Shown here in pieces: positions 60,417 to 64,000 of a DNA stretch of 64,000 nt. A model generated the notes under the pieces. That model was not told where the DNA came from. It saw only the letters and a program-made list of their open reading frames with translations, and ran no database searches. Numbering within the stretch: the stretch's first letter is position 1; every line of letters begins with the position of its first letter. The position numbers were made by a program, and so were the translations under genes. The DNA comes from Christensenellaceae bacterium Phil7. GTDB lineage: Bacteria > Bacillota > Clostridia > Christensenellales > CAG-138. The stretch lies in assembly GCA_001940845.1 (NCBI GenBank), contig MSGV01000020.1, positions 90 to 64,089 on the forward strand. Direction: 5' to 3'.

Positions 60417-61883
60417 ATGGAAAAACGATATTCGACCTTTAGCCTGAGCAGGCGGAGCTTCTTCGTCTGGCTTGCAGTGCTGCTTGCGGTACTTTCGATG
60501 GCAATGCGGATCGTCTATTACAGCCTTCCCCTTGAGGGAGCGGAAGGCGTAAACTCGACATGGCATGTCTTCTTTCTTATCATCGTACCCTGTATCGCCT
60601 GCGTATGGTTCTGCTGCGCACTGATCAGATATTCGCAGCTTCGGCTTTACAAGACTGCCTCACCCTTGCTGCTATTGATGGTATTCTCCATCGCAAGAAG
60701 CTGTGCGCTCTATAATGAAGGCAGCAAGCTGATTCCGAATGGCTGGCTTCTCGCTCTTGCGATCGTACTCGCTGCTGCATTTAATTTCATCTATAGATTC
60801 ACCGTCAATCCCGGTGGTATAAAGAGCAGAACTCCTGCCTGTATTCTTGGCTTTTTAATCATCGCCGGGCGCTTTGCCTATATCTTTATCTCAATGATCC
60901 CCAGCGGGCTCGGTTTTTCCGCACTCATGCCTGAACTGAGTTCCCTTGCAATTCTGATCGCATATGAGATTATACTTCTCTGCATGGATCGTATCGATGG
61001 AGATCGTCCCTTCCCCATGGCTGGAGATCGTCCTGACGGCAGACGGCTTCGCTCCCTAGATCCCATATCCGGAGTTGCCGTTTATATCATGCCGGACAGG
61101 AACGGCGCAAGCAATTTATTTAAGGACAGCTTTGAATGCAGCAATGCGGAACAATACATTCGTGCGAAACGCGAACAAGGGCTTGAGAATTTCGGTTACA
61201 CCCATTTAATTCTGGCTTCATATGTCCGCGTTGTCAGCCAGCGTCCGGCTATCAATCGCTTTATCGCGGGGCAGAAGGTCTATTCTCGCGGTCACGACAT
61301 TGAAGTCTCCATGGCTATAAAAAAGTCCATGTCCACTGATGGAAGCGAAACCATTATAAACGTGCATTTCGATGTCGGCGATTCCGTGGAGGATGTCTAT
61401 AGGAAGTTTAATGAGCAAGTGGAGGCCGTCAAAGCTACGGATGAGCTCGACAGCAGCTTTGATAAGGTTGCCGGGCTTCTGAACCTTATCCCTGGCATAC
61501 TGATGAAATTCACAATCTGGCTGCTCAAGGCTGCTGATTATTTTGGATTATTGCCCAAATTCCTGCTCGAAGTCAGCCCATTCCATGCCTCCGGCTTTAT
61601 AACCAGCATGGGCTCGCTCGGCATTCCTCCGATCTATCATCACCTATACGATTTTGGTAATATTCCGATTTTTGTTGCCTTCGGTATGAAGCGCAGGCAA
61701 TGCGATATGCTCCCCGATGGCAGTGTTCAGCAAAAGAAATACATCGATTTTTCAATCGTAACCGATGAGCGTATCTGCGATGGCTTCTATTTTGCCTCCG
61801 CATTCAAGCTCATGAAGCGCTATCTCAACCACCCCGAACGACTGGATGAGAAGCCTGAAACCATAGTTGAGGATGTTTATTGA
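60417..61883 (+). CDS. Polytopic membrane domain fused to a 2-oxoacid dehydrogenase E2 / CAT-like acyltransferase domain (His-to-Glu variant)
   Basis: 488 aa. About 5-6 TM helices in residues 1-190. The C-terminal domain ends ...FSIVTDERICDGFYFASAF, which matches the DHRxxDG active-site motif with E in place of H. Confidence 0.8.
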   Translation: MEKRYSTFSLSRRSFFVWLAVLLAVLSMAMRIVYYSLPLEGAEGVNSTWHVFFLIIVPCIACVWFCCALIRYSQLRLYKTASPLLLLMVFSIARSCALYNEGSKLIPNGWLLALAIVLAAAFNFIYRFTVNPGGIKSRTPACILGFLIIAGRFAYIFISMIPSGLGFSALMPELSSLAILIAYEIILLCMDRIDGDRPFPMAGDRPDGRRLRSLDPISGVAVYIMPDRNGASNLFKDSFECSNAEQYIRAKREQGLENFGYTHLILASYVRVVSQRPAINRFIAGQKVYSRGHDIEVSMAIKKSMSTDGSETIINVHFDVGDSVEDVYRKFNEQVEAVKATDELDSSFDKVAGLLNLIPGILMKFTIWLLKAADYFGLLPKFLLEVSPFHASGFITSMGSLGIPPIYHHLYDFGNIPIFVAFGMKRRQCDMLPDGSVQQKKYIDFSIVTDERICDGFYFASAFKLMKRYLNHPERLDEKPETIVEDVY

Positions 61884-62566
61884 TGAAAAATAACAGTAAC
61901 CCTAAAAAGAATAATATTGCGGCAGCAATCTCATCTATAGGCGTCATCGTATTCTTTGCCGCAGTGCTTGTCATTCCCTCAAGCCGTGAGCTATTCAAGG
62001 AACTGTCCGCAAAGCGCCCCTATATAATGGGCTTTTTCAAATTCGGTCTGCTCGCAACCTGCGGCGAGATATTTGCCCTGCGCATAAAGAGTAAGACTTG
62101 GACATTTCCGATATATACCCATTGGCGTGCACTCATATGGGGGTTGATCGGCATTGCGATCACCTTCATGATGAAGATTTACAGCATTGGAGTGGCAGGA
62201 ATGATGGAAAATGGTATGCTGCCTTCCCTGAGTGCTGCGGATTCCTTCCTGAATCGCCTGCTGCGGGCATTTTTCACCGCCGCAGTCATGAATCTGACCT
62301 TCGGGCCAACCTTCATGGCCTTTCACAAATGCACGGATACGTATCTTGAGCTTTGTGCGGCTAAAGAGGATGAGCCCGATCTTGCGAGCACGGTTTCCGC
62401 TGTAAACTGGAATGGCTTTGTCAGCTTCACTCTTTTCAAAACCATTCCCCTATTCTGGATTCCCGCACACACCATAACATTCCTGCTACCGGCAGAATAC
62501 CAGGTCATTATGGCTGCCGCATTATCCATAGCATTGGGCATCATGCTTTCTCTAAAAAAGAACTAG
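61883..62566 (+). CDS. Integral membrane protein, function unknown (weak Mpv17/PMP22-like C-terminal pattern)
   Basis: The ATG overlaps the upstream TGA (TGATG). About 5-6 TM segments. C-terminal sequence FWIPAHTITFLLPAEYQV. Confidence 0.75.
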   Translation: MKNNSNPKKNNIAAAISSIGVIVFFAAVLVIPSSRELFKELSAKRPYIMGFFKFGLLATCGEIFALRIKSKTWTFPIYTHWRALIWGLIGIAITFMMKIYSIGVAGMMENGMLPSLSAADSFLNRLLRAFFTAAVMNLTFGPTFMAFHKCTDTYLELCAAKEDEPDLASTVSAVNWNGFVSFTLFKTIPLFWIPAHTITFLLPAEYQVIMAAALSIALGIMLSLKKN

Positions 62567-62605
62567 CATAGTTATGAACTGCTATTTTTAATTACTTCAT
62601 ATCAG

Positions 62606-62646
62606 CAAGCGTTTGATCCATAGCGAAGGATTGAGCGCTTTTTTTA
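62606..62646 (+). terminator. Terminator of the 60417-62566 operon
   Basis: 13-bp stem AAGCGTTTGATCC/GGATTGAGCGCTT (with G-T pairs), followed by TTTTTTTATT. Confidence 0.7.
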
Positions 62647-62673
62647 TTCACAAAGGTCTTTTAGCAGAATTAT

Positions 62674-62702
62674 GTTGACCAGTCGCATTTATTGATGTAT
62701 AA
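62674..62702 (+). promoter_or_regulatory. Consensus promoter upstream of the FtsX-like gene
   Basis: TTGACC (62674-62679), 17-nt spacer, TATAAT (62697-62702). Confidence 0.55.
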
Positions 62703-62885
62703 TGTTATCAGAAAGCATGATATAGTCTATATTTATGTTTTCGTCGATCATTATAAATCGTTTTTATTGACTTTTGAACTGGATTCCGGTTGAGATTATG
62801 AATCATTATAATAGTCTTGCAGCCTTAGAGTCCCTTCCCCCCGCCAAACTATTTTCCCAATTAAAATTCGCCAGGAGGTTCTCCC

Positions 62886-63998
62886 ATGAAAGCCCGCAAC
62901 ATCCTCAGCCTTTGCCTATCGGTACTGATACTTGCTGTATTCTGCATTTGCGCTTCTCTCACCTACTTCGATTCAGGGATTAAGCACATCGATGGATTTA
63001 CCCAATTGCATGTTATGTGTGATAGTTTCACATATTACAAGCCTGGAGATCGGCGGGGTTACGCATAATCACTCGAGGCAGGACCAGGCATATATCTTGA
63101 CTCTCCTGTATACGGCAAATTGGATATCGATGATATGCTTGAAGTCTATGATACCAGCTACCATACGGACCGGCTTGAGCGATCAAACCAAACTCTGTTG
63201 GAGCTGAATACATGGGCTGAGGCCAATGGGGCTACCGTATTTTGCAGCGGCTCGGCCATCGGAGTTGGAATATGCGATTATTCGGGTTGGCTCAGCTCCA
63301 AAACGGACGCCAAGATCATAGAAAAGCTTAATTCCGGTGATAATGGGGTCTATGTTTCCGATGACCGGGAGCTGCACGAACTATACATCAAGAATGGTGT
63401 CTTCATGCCCCAGACCGCTGCACTCCCGGTTTTGGGAACTTATTCCCCGGAAAGCATCCCATCATCAATATTTGATTCCAACCTGCTCATGTATTCTATC
63501 ACCAGATTGCCGTGCATTTATAATGATGTATTCTATGTTGACAGAGCACATGCGAAGCAGCTTGCAGACTTCTTCAACAAGCAACCCGGGTTGAGCGTTG
63601 TGAATGTCACCGATCGAAGCCAGGCTCTTGCCGTTATAAACAGCCTTCTTCATTCCTTATCTGGTCCAGGGGTTCTGCTTACACTCATCTCCCTGCTCTT
63701 CGCCTTCATCTACAGCGTGATGATGTACTATCGCAGTTTATTGAACGAAGTAAAGATTCGGCATCATTTCGGGCTTTCAAAGCCGCGTCTATTCTTCCGC
63801 TCCATGCTCATAGCCATCGGAACGTTGCTCTTCACCCTGCTGCTCGTGCGGCTTTACATGCTTACGAGCATCAACAGCTTTGAGGCCGACTATATTACGC
63901 CGTTTTTCTTCGATATGATAACGCTGCTCCCGCCATTCGTCTTGGCTTTGCATGCAATAGGATATGCTATCCTGGCTCGCATTCTGAGGGAAAGCTAA
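62886..63998 (+). pseudogene. FtsX-like (MacB-type) permease reading frame interrupted by one in-frame TAA at 63066-63068
   Basis: ORFs 62886-63068 and 63120-63998 are in the same frame (offset 234 = 78 x 3). The first supplies TM1 after an AGGAGG SD. The second supplies the extracytoplasmic domain plus three C-terminal TM helices, and it only has a TTG start with no SD. Confidence 0.55.
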
Positions 63999-64000
63999 AG

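Noticed and set aside
1-64000. Searched for CRISPR arrays, IS elements or transposases, integrases, prophage modules, toxin-antitoxin pairs and known defence systems.
   Set aside because: I found no regularly spaced direct repeats, no terminal inverted repeats flanking a transposase-like ORF, and no nuclease, helicase or methylase-type defence genes. The tRNA pair at the left edge has no adjacent integrase within the window.

Overview
About 64 kb of chromosome from a moderate-GC Firmicute of the class Clostridia. Cohesin and dockerin modules suggest a Ruminococcus/Oscillospiraceae-like organism, but that taxonomy is inference only. The window is dominated by core housekeeping genes. In order it contains: tRNA-Gly and tRNA-Cys; a DUF1858 redox protein and pyrG; an 11-gene minus-strand purine operon (purE-purC-purF-purM-purN-purO-like-purH(AICARFT only)-purD-purL-folD-guaB); purA-purB; ppdK; a TPP riboswitch with terminator in front of thiT; a TlpA-type lipoprotein; the str operon (rpsL-rpsG-fusA-tuf); rpoB-rpoC; udk, an AI-2E transporter and an NlpC/P60 hydrolase; two dockerin-bearing secreted proteins; a heterodimeric ABC exporter; and several membrane proteins. 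I found no CRISPR array, IS or transposase, integrase, prophage or recognisable defence genes, and no long DNA repeats. Three loci are the best candidates for undescribed biology. (1) An uninterrupted ORF fuses peptidyl-tRNA hydrolase to a full-length D-serine ammonia-lyase (35999-37918). (2) A small surface locus encodes a Cys-rich membrane protein, a single-cohesin protein with a C-terminal TM anchor, and an adjacent dockerin-bearing thioredoxin-fold protein whose CxxC is SxxC (33091-35993). (3) A probably leaderless two-gene membrane operon encodes a polytopic membrane domain fused to an E2/CAT-like acyltransferase domain with the catalytic His replaced by Glu, translationally coupled to a second membrane protein (60383-62566). 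Smaller oddities include a signal-peptide micro-ORF broken at an A6 tract, an in-frame TAA inside an FtsX-like permease, and a split PurH/PurO arrangement. All family names come from motif recognition by eye. No database search or RNA folding was run, and start codons and regulatory elements are approximate.
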